Positions 8,744 to 18,774 of a DNA stretch of 61,655 bases are shown one piece after another. Below the pieces are notes generated by a model. The model ran no database searches. It had not been told where the DNA came from and saw only the letters and a list, made by a program, of their open reading frames with translations. This DNA is from a virus (taxonomy: Duplodnaviria; Caudoviricetes). The stretch is from the IMG/VR virus record IMGVR_UViG_3300030372_004501, positions 1 through 61,655 of that record, one strand, 5' to 3'. The translations under genes were made by a program, and so were the position numbers. The stretch's first letter is position 1; every line of letters starts with the position of its first letter.

Positions 8744-11041
8744 ATGAATAGAAAAATATTAAGCAGACCTATGTTTCAAAACCGTCCACATTATTGGATT
8801 GCGGGTCCTGTTATAAAAGGTTCCAAAGCAACACTAGGTAAAATTCCTTTTATTGGTCCAAAGATTAAAAAAGGACTTGAAACTTTTGACAAATTTGATT
8901 TAGGATATGATCCTGTTAAAGGACCTATTCCTATTAAGAGAAAAGGATTTATAAAAGAAAGTTTAATTCCCACTAGAAAAACAGGTAAAGTTGCATCAGG
9001 CACGACTTATGGAATGGTGGGGTATAATCTTTTAAAAGAAGATGAAAATGTTCGTGAGGTAAAAGAGCAATCTGTTATTACAGATGATAATAATGTTATT
9101 AGTAAAGAGAAAATTGTAAATCCTAATATTTTAGATAAAATTGAATCTGCTAAAGATAATGTAGTTACTAAAATAACAGGAAACGCTAATGCCAATAAAG
9201 ATGAAAATTTTCAAGGAGGAAATGTTTTATCAGGTGATATATTTGCCACAAAAAATGAAACAGTAGAAAACACAGAGGAAGCTGCAAATAGTGAAGATGC
9301 TTTAAATATGAATCAGCAATTTTCTCCTTACTTAACTCCAAGTAATGCAGGGGAAGCAGCAGAATTAGAAAAAATTGACATGACTCGTGTTCGAGCTATG
9401 ACTGAACAATTAAGAGAACTCGTTGGTGATCCAGGAAAAAGAGATAATATTAATTTATTAATGCAACTTGGTTCAGCGTTAATGACAGGTAAAACATTAA
9501 GAGGTGGTCTTGCTGGATTTTTTGATGTTGCAGGACAAGCTGGTCTTCAAGTTCTTCCTCAAATGCTTGAAGTTTCTAATAGAAGAAATGCAAGAGATCA
9601 AGAATTAGCACTTGCAGCATTTCAATTAATACAAGAACAAAAAGGTGATGAAGCATTTGGTCCAGGAAAAGGAACAATGATTTATCCACACAAAATTACT
9701 TACCAAATGAATGAGGATGGTAGCTTCTTTAAAGATGACAATAATCAATATGTAGCTGTGGGATACACTCCAGTTGGTTCAGGTTTTGGTTTTAGTAAAG
9801 ATTTACAATCAAAAGCATTTATGGATGCTAATGCTTCACTTACTGCGCAAGGACTTCCTCCACTCTTTACATTGCTAGATGCAGCAACAACTGGTGAAAC
9901 AGGAGCGTTTGGTGCATTTGGTGAAGGTGAAATAGGAATGGAATCTCCAGGAGGACGTGATGAAAGAGAAAAATATGCAACTGTTTTAGAACGTGGCTTA
10001 CCTAAGATAGCTGAGATGTTAAACTTTATTACGTTATATTCAAATGGAACATATAACTCTGATAAATATGTGGGTCCTACAGGTTTATTTGCAGAAACAG
10101 CAAGAAGAGTTTTAGCACCTTGGGAACAAATTGCTGCGATTGCACCATGGATGGGTTCAACAGAAGCAGAAGTTGGAAACAGTATGGCTAAATCTTATTC
10201 AGAAGCTTTTGATCAATTAGAAAATTATTGGATGCAAAACATTGATACAGATAATGGTAAATTAGTAGATGTGTTTGAGACAGATAAGTTAAATACTGAT
10301 GGAACATTTACAGACACAGAAGGAATTTATGCAGGACAAACTTATACATACCGTGATGAAGGTGGAGCATTAAGAACAGGACAAACAGAAGTAGGTGATA
10401 TATATGAAACACCTTTATCTATAAGAATAAAAATTGGTGCGCAAGCATCGCCTTGGAAAGAAGGTACTGTTGGTATCATGGAACAATACAAAAACCAAAT
10501 AGGTATGATTGTTGCACGTTATAAACAACCTACAGGTCGTTTACTTGCAGATACAATTGCTGACTCTAAACGAGACGTTGATTTAACGCCAGGCATTATC
10601 TCTAATCCAAATGATATTGTTAATAGACAATTTAGATATTTTAAAAATTTCTTAGAAGATTGGAAAAGAAACTTAGAAGCAGCAGGAGTTGAAGTTACAG
10701 CAGAACTTATTGATGACCGTTTTGGTGCAGCTGATGGTTCTGGTGGCGGTCTTGCTTTAATTAACAAAGCTATCATACAATATAATGTTTGGGGATTATT
10801 AAAAGAAAAAGATACTAACTCTGCAATTCTTCCATCGTATGGCACGTGGGTTAAATTTCCAGGAGCAATATATCCTGGTGATGAAGCAGGTAATACTTTA
10901 TCAAGTATTATGGATCAGTTTCGTGAAGGAATTGGAAGCACTGAAGGTGGAACAATGGATGATAATTATTACATACCAGAGGACTTTGACACAGAGTCAT
11001 ATATAGAAGATTATTTTGATAAATTGGAGGGAATTCAATAA
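8744..11041 (+). CDS. Large putative internal virion (ejection) protein
   Basis: 765 aa ORF between pilot-like and largest internal gene; no recognisable enzymatic motif. Confidence 0.55.
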   Translation: MNRKILSRPMFQNRPHYWIAGPVIKGSKATLGKIPFIGPKIKKGLETFDKFDLGYDPVKGPIPIKRKGFIKESLIPTRKTGKVASGTTYGMVGYNLLKEDENVREVKEQSVITDDNNVISKEKIVNPNILDKIESAKDNVVTKITGNANANKDENFQGGNVLSGDIFATKNETVENTEEAANSEDALNMNQQFSPYLTPSNAGEAAELEKIDMTRVRAMTEQLRELVGDPGKRDNINLLMQLGSALMTGKTLRGGLAGFFDVAGQAGLQVLPQMLEVSNRRNARDQELALAAFQLIQEQKGDEAFGPGKGTMIYPHKITYQMNEDGSFFKDDNNQYVAVGYTPVGSGFGFSKDLQSKAFMDANASLTAQGLPPLFTLLDAATTGETGAFGAFGEGEIGMESPGGRDEREKYATVLERGLPKIAEMLNFITLYSNGTYNSDKYVGPTGLFAETARRVLAPWEQIAAIAPWMGSTEAEVGNSMAKSYSEAFDQLENYWMQNIDTDNGKLVDVFETDKLNTDGTFTDTEGIYAGQTYTYRDEGGALRTGQTEVGDIYETPLSIRIKIGAQASPWKEGTVGIMEQYKNQIGMIVARYKQPTGRLLADTIADSKRDVDLTPGIISNPNDIVNRQFRYFKNFLEDWKRNLEAAGVEVTAELIDDRFGAADGSGGGLALINKAIIQYNVWGLLKEKDTNSAILPSYGTWVKFPGAIYPGDEAGNTLSSIMDQFREGIGSTEGGTMDDNYYIPEDFDTESYIEDYFDKLEGIQ

Positions 11042-14000
11042 TGGCAATATTAGATGTAGTTCCTGTAGCAAGAAAATTTCAAGATCGTAAACCAGCTTCA
11101 CAACCCATTAGTGAATATACTAGCATTGATAAAGGTGGAAGACCCATCACAGCTGCCGAACAAAATATTCGTGATGATAGAGAAAGATTTATAGATCCAG
11201 TATTTGATCCCATTAAAGGTGCTGCCTCTAGAGCTGTTAGAAGAATAGGGGACGTATTTACTCCTGGAGGAACTCCATTTATGGATCAATACAGGAAACA
11301 AGAAAGACAAAAAGCAGCTCAAGAAATTAGTTTTGAAAAGAAAATGCAACTTCGAAGAGAAAATCCTAAGGATGTTGTTCGTGCACGTGCAACTAATATG
11401 TTTGATGCAGCTGTTAGAAAATATAATGATACAGGAAATCCAGAAACATTAAAAATGGCAGAAGAAAGTATTATTAAAATGATTCGTCTATCTGGATACG
11501 CGCCACAAGAATTTAATCTTCCAGGAACAATTGACATTTCTAATGTTGACCCTGATCCGTTTAAATTAGATACAACACGACCTAATCCTTTTCCAGAATT
11601 AGAGATTTCAGCAGAAGTTATTATGGGAACAGGAGCTAGTTTGTATGGTGCAACGAACACGGGTGCTAGAAATTTTGCAAACGCTTTTAAAAGAGGAGCA
11701 AAAATAGGGTCAAAAGCTCCCGTACCAGGCGCATGGAAATTTGCAGCAAGTGTTCTTGGTGGGGCATTTGGTGTAGGTGCAGCGTACTTTGGTTATGAGT
11801 TAGGATTAGATTTATATAATCAAGCTAATAAAGCTAGAGCAACAATGCAAGGACGTGATCCTAAAACATATGCAATCAACAGACCGGGTCTAGGTGCTAG
11901 ATTATATAGATCAGCAGATCTTGCAGCAACAGATGCGCTTCTAGGAACAGTTATTCTTGGCACAAGACCAGCTTATAATTCATTAAGAAATATTACTAGA
12001 ACATACGTAGGTGGAGTTGGAACAGAAGGAGCGGCAAAAATTAAAAGAGGACAAGAACTTTTTGATAAGTTTCCTACAGGTGGATACGGAGTAGAAGGTA
12101 AATTACCCGCAGAACTTGGCAGTATACCTATTACACCAGTTCCTGGTGGACCAAGATTACAAGTTGGTCAAACTGGTTTAGATGATGTAGCTGAACTTAG
12201 AAGAGGATTATTTCCTTTTTATTGGGGTAATATTGAACGTGGTGCAGGAGAAATGCCTATTCAAGGAACACCTTATTCTATTTCTACATTAGGTAATCCA
12301 ATGTCAGGAACAGTTATTCAAACAGGTGGTAGATTTCCTTTTCTTGGTAGTAAAATAAAACAAAATTTAGAAGAACAAGGTGACATATTAATTAATTTAT
12401 TTCACAATATGTTTGCAGCTTACGCACCAACCGTAGCAACTCGTGAATTAATGTCACATAATATATTAATGGCAAAAAGAAAAACAGCCTCACGTTATCT
12501 TGCTAATTTAAAAAGAAAATTAAATCGTTTTAGAAGACACGCAAGAGAAACAGGGTATGTAATTGATGGATCACCAATACGTTTTACAATGGAAGGTGTT
12601 CTTGATAGTGTGCCAAAAGCAAGATTTTTAGATGATACAGGAGCATACAGAACAGATGTAAAAATTGGTTTAGGTCCTGAAATAAGATTCCCGGAAGGAG
12701 AAAAGTCTTTTTATAATTGGGTTAATAATACACTTCAAGGAATGCTGGGCCCACGATCAAAATTTTCTGTTATTGAATTAGAAAAATTATTTAAAGACAT
12801 AGAAACTTACGCTAGACGATACAAAGATAATCCAGATGTAATGGATCATTTATCTAGAATAAAAAGATCAACAGAAGCGTCTTTAGGAACAATAGAAAAC
12901 AGCGAAGCAAGAAGATTGCTTGATGATTTTGATAACTATGCAACAAACGGAATGTTACTTTTTGATAGTTCTGCTGGAAGAGCATTTAATGCAGTGGATA
13001 AATTTGGATTTACTTTAAGACTTGCGGAACAAGGACCAAGAGCTGCGGATGATTTATTTGCTACAGCTTTTGATGCTGCGAGACCAGAAGCTATTAGATC
13101 TTTTAGACATATTGTGGGACCAGATGTATTTAATCAAACAACAAGAAGATTCATACAAAATGCTTTTGAAGATTCTATTGAAGCAGGACCAAAAGAAGGA
13201 ATAAAACAAATTGATTTTAAAAAGTTTAGATCTATTTTAGGTCTTAATGATAAAGCTGGAAATAAATATGCAGCGTTAAAAGAAATGCTTCCTGGTGCAA
13301 CACCTACTTCTTCAGTAGGACGTGAAGCAACAGCAACAACTCCAGGTGGATTTAGTTCTAAAGATTTTGATGCTACTATTAAACCAGGTGGTTTAATTCC
13401 AGGCGCAGTAATGGAAGGTGTTGAAAGCAGCACTGCTAAATTACCTACAGTTAATGATTTAGAAGCATGGGCTGATATGGTTGAAGATGTATTTAAATTT
13501 GGTATTCCTGATGTTAGTACATTCATTGCCAGAAGAGCACAAATTTCTGGTCTTCGTGGTGCGATTAGATCTTTTATGCCTTTATCAAATGTGGGATCAC
13601 AACATGCTATAGCAGCTGGTGGTGGTGCAGCAACTGGTGCTTTTGGTACAGGAATTCCAATTGGAATTATATTAGGAACTCTTTTGACTCGTCATTTTAC
13701 AAAAATTATGACTAACCCAATTAACCTACGTGTATATAAAAACGCTATTGATTATAAATTACCAGAACGTGCAAGAAATGCAGCTATTGTTCGTTTATTT
13801 CATTTATTTAGAAATGAAATAGAAGACATAGATAAAGATCTTGAACAATTAGAATATCAATCCACACAACCAGCGAAAAGAAGTTTTGTAGATAGAGCAA
13901 CAGAAAACATTGGAAATGTAATACAAAAGGTTATGCCAGCACGTTCAGAACCACAAGCACAAGTTCAACCAACAATACAAACACCTCCACAACAAGTTAC

Positions 14001-14184
14001 ACCAACTGGTGGAGATGTGGGTGGAACACAACTTGCTTCTACAGCTCCAGTAGCAGGTTCATCTCTTGCGGAGAGTGATACTTTAAATCCAGGAGCAGCA
14101 CAAGCATTGTATGAGGGTGATACAGATGCAGCCTTAGCAGCACAGTATGCAGCTGGAGGTGGATTAATGACCTTAAGGAGATAG
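11041..14184 (+). CDS. Large putative internal virion (ejection) protein
   Basis: 1047 aa; two Gly-rich hydrophobic segments; C-terminal YAAGGGL motif. Confidence 0.6.
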   Translation: MAILDVVPVARKFQDRKPASQPISEYTSIDKGGRPITAAEQNIRDDRERFIDPVFDPIKGAASRAVRRIGDVFTPGGTPFMDQYRKQERQKAAQEISFEKKMQLRRENPKDVVRARATNMFDAAVRKYNDTGNPETLKMAEESIIKMIRLSGYAPQEFNLPGTIDISNVDPDPFKLDTTRPNPFPELEISAEVIMGTGASLYGATNTGARNFANAFKRGAKIGSKAPVPGAWKFAASVLGGAFGVGAAYFGYELGLDLYNQANKARATMQGRDPKTYAINRPGLGARLYRSADLAATDALLGTVILGTRPAYNSLRNITRTYVGGVGTEGAAKIKRGQELFDKFPTGGYGVEGKLPAELGSIPITPVPGGPRLQVGQTGLDDVAELRRGLFPFYWGNIERGAGEMPIQGTPYSISTLGNPMSGTVIQTGGRFPFLGSKIKQNLEEQGDILINLFHNMFAAYAPTVATRELMSHNILMAKRKTASRYLANLKRKLNRFRRHARETGYVIDGSPIRFTMEGVLDSVPKARFLDDTGAYRTDVKIGLGPEIRFPEGEKSFYNWVNNTLQGMLGPRSKFSVIELEKLFKDIETYARRYKDNPDVMDHLSRIKRSTEASLGTIENSEARRLLDDFDNYATNGMLLFDSSAGRAFNAVDKFGFTLRLAEQGPRAADDLFATAFDAARPEAIRSFRHIVGPDVFNQTTRRFIQNAFEDSIEAGPKEGIKQIDFKKFRSILGLNDKAGNKYAALKEMLPGATPTSSVGREATATTPGGFSSKDFDATIKPGGLIPGAVMEGVESSTAKLPTVNDLEAWADMVEDVFKFGIPDVSTFIARRAQISGLRGAIRSFMPLSNVGSQHAIAAGGGAATGAFGTGIPIGIILGTLLTRHFTKIMTNPINLRVYKNAIDYKLPERARNAAIVRLFHLFRNEIEDIDKDLEQLEYQSTQPAKRSFVDRATENIGNVIQKVMPARSEPQAQVQPTIQTPPQQVTPTGGDVGGTQLASTAPVAGSSLAESDTLNPGAAQALYEGDTDAALAAQYAAGGGLMTLRR

Positions 14185-14186
14185 AT

Positions 14187-14324
14187 ATGGTATCGGCAGT
14201 TAAAAAAATATTAAAAACTATGAAAAAATTAAAAAAAATTAAAAATCTTAAAAAACGTCCTATGCGTAATATTAAAGTTAAAAATTATGCAAAAAGAAAT
14301 TATGGAAAAGGCGGAAAAGTATAA
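14187..14324 (+). CDS. Small Lys-rich protein ending in YGKGGKV (45 aa)
   Basis: MVSAVKKILKTMKKLKKIKNLKKRPMRNIKVKNYAKRNYGKGGKV*; AAGGAG RBS; TAATG overlap with next gene (not in ORF track). Confidence 0.75.
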   Translation: MVSAVKKILKTMKKLKKIKNLKKRPMRNIKVKNYAKRNYGKGGKV

Positions 14325-14530
14325 TGAGTTTAAGAGATACAGTTTGGATAGTTGGAATTATTCTTGCCCTTGGTGTAACATGGGGCATGACATCACAACG
14401 TATTTCTGCAATGGAATCCGATATGGATCGTATGGAACAAGCCATACAACTATTTACAAAAATAGAATCAAGAATCGCTGTCATAGAGGCAGAGGTTAAA
14501 AACATAAATAAAAAATTGGATAGGTTATAA
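14324..14530 (+). CDS. Small membrane protein (one TM helix + coiled coil), possible holin/lysis accessory
   Basis: VWIVGIILALGVTWG hydrophobic helix; directly precedes endolysin. Confidence 0.55.
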   Translation: MSLRDTVWIVGIILALGVTWGMTSQRISAMESDMDRMEQAIQLFTKIESRIAVIEAEVKNINKKLDRL

Positions 14531-15036
14531 TGCAAAAAAATTATCAAAAATGTTTAGAGACAATATTACATCACGAAGGTGGTTATGTTAATCACCCAGA
14601 AGATCCAGGAGGAGAAACTAATTTAGGTGTTACTAAAAGAGTTTATGAAGAACATGGTGGTACTAAAGATATGAAAGAATTAACAGTAGAAGATGTAGCA
14701 CCAATTTATAAAAAAGGTTATTGGGATAAAATGAAAGGTGATGATTTACCTAATGGTTTAGATTTATGTGTATTTGATTTTGGTGTAAATGCAGGACCTG
14801 GTAGAGCCGCTAAATTTTTACAAAAAATGATTGGTACTACAGTAGATGGTGGCATTGGACCTATGACCTTGGCTAAAGTAAATGAGTATGTTGGTGACAA
14901 TGGTTTAAAAGAAAGTATAAAACAATATCAATCTGCTAGACAAGAATACTATGAAAACCTTTCTACTTTTAATACTTTTGGAAAAGGTTGGACAAGAAGG
15001 GTAGAGGAGACTACTAAACTAGCATTAGAAATATAG
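14530..15036 (+). CDS. Endolysin, glycoside hydrolase family 108 with peptidoglycan-binding C-terminus
   Basis: HEGGYVNHPEDPGGETNLGVT catalytic motif; VDGGIGPMTL; FGKGWTRR. Confidence 0.93.
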   Translation: MQKNYQKCLETILHHEGGYVNHPEDPGGETNLGVTKRVYEEHGGTKDMKELTVEDVAPIYKKGYWDKMKGDDLPNGLDLCVFDFGVNAGPGRAAKFLQKMIGTTVDGGIGPMTLAKVNEYVGDNGLKESIKQYQSARQEYYENLSTFNTFGKGWTRRVEETTKLALEI

Positions 15037-15045
15037 TGAAATTTT

Positions 15046-15708
15046 ATGAGTGGGATAATAAATTTTTTATTAAAAAGTAAAAAAGTTCCATTAAAACTTA
15101 AGTTAAAAATTGTAGACTTAAATTTTAGAAAATTTAAAGCAAATGAAATTAAAAATAATCTTAAAGCAAATACACCTTTAAAATTATATCGTGCAGAAAA
15201 TTATCCAGGGCAAGCCCCATTTATGCGTCCTGATACAGACCCTAAAAAAGAATTTGTAGGTCGTTGGTTTACAACTGATAAAAATTTTGTTAATAGATTT
15301 GCTACTAACACACCTGATACTAAAGCAATTAAGACACTTACAGTTGATCCACCTATTAAAGCTAATCCTGTTGATAGACATAAAACAATTAGTGAATTAA
15401 TAAAAGATAGAAAAAAATTAAAAGATTGGACTCCTAATATGGGAATGGGTGAAAATCTTGATGCAATTACCACTAGCTATAAAGGTGGAAAAGATTCTTT
15501 TATGACAAGATTAGAAAGTTATTTAAATTCTTCTTTAAGAGATTCAATAACTTTAACTCCTCCAAAAGAAATAGCATCCACTTCAAAAATTAATACATGG
15601 CTTAGTCTTTTAGCAATTTTAAAAAATAAAAATCCACGAATGTTTAAGGAAATTTTGAATTTAATTAAAGCTAAACGAATAGGATTAAAAACTGGCGGAA
15701 TAGTCTAA
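15046..15708 (+). CDS. Basic hypothetical protein with possible ADP-ribosyltransferase-like core
   Basis: LYRAE...GRWFTTDKNFVNRFA resembles ART strands 1-2; C-terminal LKTGGIV. Confidence 0.4.
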   Translation: MSGIINFLLKSKKVPLKLKLKIVDLNFRKFKANEIKNNLKANTPLKLYRAENYPGQAPFMRPDTDPKKEFVGRWFTTDKNFVNRFATNTPDTKAIKTLTVDPPIKANPVDRHKTISELIKDRKKLKDWTPNMGMGENLDAITTSYKGGKDSFMTRLESYLNSSLRDSITLTPPKEIASTSKINTWLSLLAILKNKNPRMFKEILNLIKAKRIGLKTGGIV

Positions 15709-15711
15709 TTT

Positions 15712-15726
15712 GTGGTATAATACCAC
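15712..15726 (+). promoter_or_regulatory. Extended -10 promoter embedded in inverted repeat GTGGTA-TAA-TACCAC
   Basis: TG-g-TATAAT with hexamer at 15716-15721, 5 nt before the GTG start. Confidence 0.6.
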
Positions 15727-16395
15727 GTGCAAATAACACAGAAATATAATTACGCAGATCTCAAACGTCAGGATGGTGATACAAGATTGTATTTAACACC
15801 TGATGGTGAAGCATTACCATCCGTTACATCTATACTAGGTAAAACTAAGGATAAATCATTTTTAAAAAAATGGCGTCAAAAAGTTGGCGAGAAAAAAGCT
15901 GAGGAAATAATTCAAAATTCTGCCCAGATTGGAACCGCGCTCCACCTATATATAGAACGTTTTGTGAACGGAGATAAATACAAAGATCTTACAAAAATAG
16001 GCATACAAGCAGAAAAAATGGCGCAAAAGATTATAGATGAGGCATTTGCAGATATAACAGAAATATGGGGATCAGAAGTACATTTATATTATCCTGGTCG
16101 TTATGCGGGGACAACAGATATGATTGGTGTTTACAAAGGAAGACCCACAATCATTGATTTTAAGCAGACTAACAGGCCAAAAAAACGTGAGTGGATACAA
16201 GACTACCTCATGCAGCTTTCTGCATACGCAGTGGCTCATAATAAGCTATTTAACACCGAAATAGACCAGGGTGTAGTGCTCATGTGTTCACGTGATTTGA
16301 CATTTCAACGATTTGAGCTCTTAGGTGAAAATTTCACTCGTGCCTGTGATGCTTTTATGAAAAAACTTGATTTATATAACGAAAGCATGATATAA
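15727..16395 (+). CDS. PD-(D/E)XK exonuclease
   Basis: LPSVTSIL, GTALH, SEVHL..YAGTTD..IIDFKQ, YLMQLSAYA motifs. Confidence 0.88.
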   Translation: MQITQKYNYADLKRQDGDTRLYLTPDGEALPSVTSILGKTKDKSFLKKWRQKVGEKKAEEIIQNSAQIGTALHLYIERFVNGDKYKDLTKIGIQAEKMAQKIIDEAFADITEIWGSEVHLYYPGRYAGTTDMIGVYKGRPTIIDFKQTNRPKKREWIQDYLMQLSAYAVAHNKLFNTEIDQGVVLMCSRDLTFQRFELLGENFTRACDAFMKKLDLYNESMI

Positions 16396-16401
16396 TACAT
16401 A

Positions 16402-16452
16402 TAGGATGCCATAATGGGTCCTACAATCTTGCTTTAATAGGAGGTTTATATG
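16402..16452 (+). promoter_or_regulatory. ROSE-like RNA thermometer in hsp20 5' UTR
   Basis: TGaTATAAT promoter (16388-16396), hairpin 16402-16423, then AATCTTGCT-TTAAT-AGGAGGTT pairing the SD with a bulged G (UUGCU signature). Confidence 0.65.
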
Positions 16453-16845
16453 AATGAATTAGAGCTATTACGTAACCATTTTCTTGGTTTTCACAATGAC
16501 TTTTTTGATAGTTTCAGAAGAGTTTCAACTTATCCACCATACAATATAAAAGAAAAAGATGACAAAGGTGTCATTGAATTTGCTGTAGCTGGGTTCGCTG
16601 AGAAAGATTTGAAAGTTGAGGTTAAAGATCAAACCTTGCATGTTTATGGATGCAAGGAAGAAAAGAAATCAGAAGATTTTTATCACAAGGGAATATCGGA
16701 TAGAACTTTCCAAAAAAGTTTTCGTCTTCACGAACATATCATTGTTAATGGAGCGGAGCTGAAGGATGGTCTTTTAAAAGTGGCGTATCACCGTGATATA
16801 CCAGAGTCCGAAAAACCAAAACAAATTAAAATTAAATCCAATTAG
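16450..16845 (+). CDS. hsp20: Small heat-shock protein (Hsp20/IbpA family)
   Basis: YPPYNI, EFAVAGF, FYHKGISDRTF, AELKDGLL, C-terminal KPKQIKI (IxI) motif. Confidence 0.95.
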   Translation: MNELELLRNHFLGFHNDFFDSFRRVSTYPPYNIKEKDDKGVIEFAVAGFAEKDLKVEVKDQTLHVYGCKEEKKSEDFYHKGISDRTFQKSFRLHEHIIVNGAELKDGLLKVAYHRDIPESEKPKQIKIKSN

Positions 16846-18274
16846 AAAGTTCTTCACCACTAATTTCTTTAGCGATATTAACTTTATTCCGAAGGGACTT
16901 AATGATCTTTTCATCTACAGTCCCTTTGGCTACCATATCTATATATAGTACCGAGTTCTTTTGTCCTATACGATGGGCTCTATCTTCTGATTGAAGTCTT
17001 TTCTCTAGATCATAATTATTAGAATAATATATAACTGTACTAGCAGCTGTTAGTGTAATTCCGTATCCACCAGTTTGTGTATTACCAATAAAAAATCTAC
17101 AACTATTTTTACTGTTTTGGAAATCATAAATACATTGTTGTCTATCCTCTGCCTTAGTTGCACCATAATAAGTACAATAAGAATCCTCTCCATATTCTTT
17201 TTTAATTGCTTTTTCTATGTTTAATATATCATGAATATAATTAGCCCAGATAATTACTTTTCCAGTAGTCTCCCCTAGTACCTGCATTAATTCATCTAGT
17301 CTATTATTTTTAAGATTTAATGTTTCACCACTATCTGTTTTCATATGACCACATGTTATTTGATGAAGTCTTAATAATTGTGTTAAAACATTAACAGCAG
17401 TAAGAGATTGACCTTTTAAAAAAGTCATAGCATTAGCTTTCATATCTTTATAAGCTAATTGTTGTTCATCTGTTAATTCTACTTCACGTCTTGTGTATAC
17501 CTTATCTGGTAAGTCCAAACAATCTTTCTTTAATATACGGTATGAGTGAGGTGATACCAATTGCCCTAATTGTGCCAAGTTTTTAAATTTAACAATCTTC
17601 TGGTATTTATGCGTGCCACCAGCAGCATTTGCTGTTATAACAACTGCATAGCGAGTTCTAAATGCGTAATAACTTTGTTGACCAAGTATCTCAGGATCTA
17701 GGAAATCCATCTGTGCCCATAAATCCATTGGTGACTGGGTTACTGGAGATCCTGTTAATATTCGTCGGTATTTGGCTTCTTTGGCTAATGATAAAATATT
17801 TTTAGTTCTTTTAGCTTGTGGATTTTTAATAGTTGTGCTTTCATCCACTATCATCATAGATTTACCTATTAAAAATAAATGAGCAAATTCAACACCTCTC
17901 TTTGTAGATAATGCTTCAACGTTTATTACCATTATTTTAAATCTAAAGTCGTCTGCACTTTTAATATCTTTTAATTGTTGTTTATAGGTAGCGCTTGTGG
18001 ATTGTTTCCAAGCGACAACATGTTTTTCTACATAATCTGGAACATGCGTGGGTATTTCCTGCTCTACCCACGTCATATATGTTCCTTTTGGAGCAACTAT
18101 TAAAACACGGTCTATCTTTCCTTGGTTATATAAAATACATGCGTTATCTAATGCTATTTTAGTTTTACCGGTTCCCATTTCAGCAAAGATAGCAAAAGCT
18201 TCCTTATTCCAGCATTTTTTTAATGCATCTTTTTGATGTTCGTATGGTTCTGTTTTAAATTTGTACATTGCCAT
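16832..18274 (-). CDS. SNF2-family (SF2) DNA helicase
   Basis: EMGTGKT, IVDES, LTGSP, GGYGITL, QSEDRAHRIGQ motifs. Confidence 0.93.
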   Translation of the reverse strand: MAMYKFKTEPYEHQKDALKKCWNKEAFAIFAEMGTGKTKIALDNACILYNQGKIDRVLIVAPKGTYMTWVEQEIPTHVPDYVEKHVVAWKQSTSATYKQQLKDIKSADDFRFKIMVINVEALSTKRGVEFAHLFLIGKSMMIVDESTTIKNPQAKRTKNILSLAKEAKYRRILTGSPVTQSPMDLWAQMDFLDPEILGQQSYYAFRTRYAVVITANAAGGTHKYQKIVKFKNLAQLGQLVSPHSYRILKKDCLDLPDKVYTRREVELTDEQQLAYKDMKANAMTFLKGQSLTAVNVLTQLLRLHQITCGHMKTDSGETLNLKNNRLDELMQVLGETTGKVIIWANYIHDILNIEKAIKKEYGEDSYCTYYGATKAEDRQQCIYDFQNSKNSCRFFIGNTQTGGYGITLTAASTVIYYSNNYDLEKRLQSEDRAHRIGQKNSVLYIDMVAKGTVDEKIIKSLRNKVNIAKEISGEELSNWI

Positions 18275-18707
18275 ACCATTTTGGTGGATGTTTCCAACCA
18301 GCTAATTTTGCTTTGTAATACTTGTTGTATGCATTTATAAAATTGTCACATTTGTATTCGTCTGGCATACATTGTGGCGGTTCTGAAAAATTAATATAAC
18401 TACCTTTTAATGATAAAAATTCATTAATAACTTTTTGAGATGCATGAAATTTACCATAACGAGCAGTATATTCTTTAGATAATTCTTGGGCGTGCTCAAG
18501 AGCCCATGAAAAATTATGATTATTATCTCCAACCCATCTAGTCATGGGATGATTAGGATATGCAGCTTTATAACCAATATCAAAACCATTGCGTTTAGCA
18601 GCTGTAGATAACATTTGTGTGGTTTCTAGCACCATTTTTACTACATGCTTATCACATTGCATACGTGCAGCATGTAAAGGATCCTTATGCAGGAAAAAAA
18701 TATTCAT
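18255..18707 (-). CDS. Pyrimidine-dimer DNA glycosylase-like protein (T4 endonuclease V-related)
   Basis: MNIFFL..DP..AA..QCDKHVVKMVLE..QMLST, NHPMTRW, PPQCMPDEYK. Confidence 0.75.
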   Translation of the reverse strand: MNIFFLHKDPLHAARMQCDKHVVKMVLETTQMLSTAAKRNGFDIGYKAAYPNHPMTRWVGDNNHNFSWALEHAQELSKEYTARYGKFHASQKVINEFLSLKGSYINFSEPPQCMPDEYKCDNFINAYNKYYKAKLAGWKHPPKWYGNVQI

Positions 18708-18725
18708 ATATACCTTTCTTAATTC

Positions 18726-18763
18726 TTGCCTTTAATTATATACCATGTTATAATACTATTCAA
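18726..18763. promoter_or_regulatory. Overlapping divergent sigma70 promoters
   Basis: Plus: TTGCCT(18726)-N17-TATAAT(18749); minus: TTGAAT(18763)-N17-TATAAT(18740). Confidence 0.8.
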
Positions 18764-18774
18764 GAAATAAAATT

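Noticed and set aside
14287-14499. Listed 70-aa ORF
   Set aside because: Overlaps two better-supported coupled ORFs (14187..14324 and 14324..14530)
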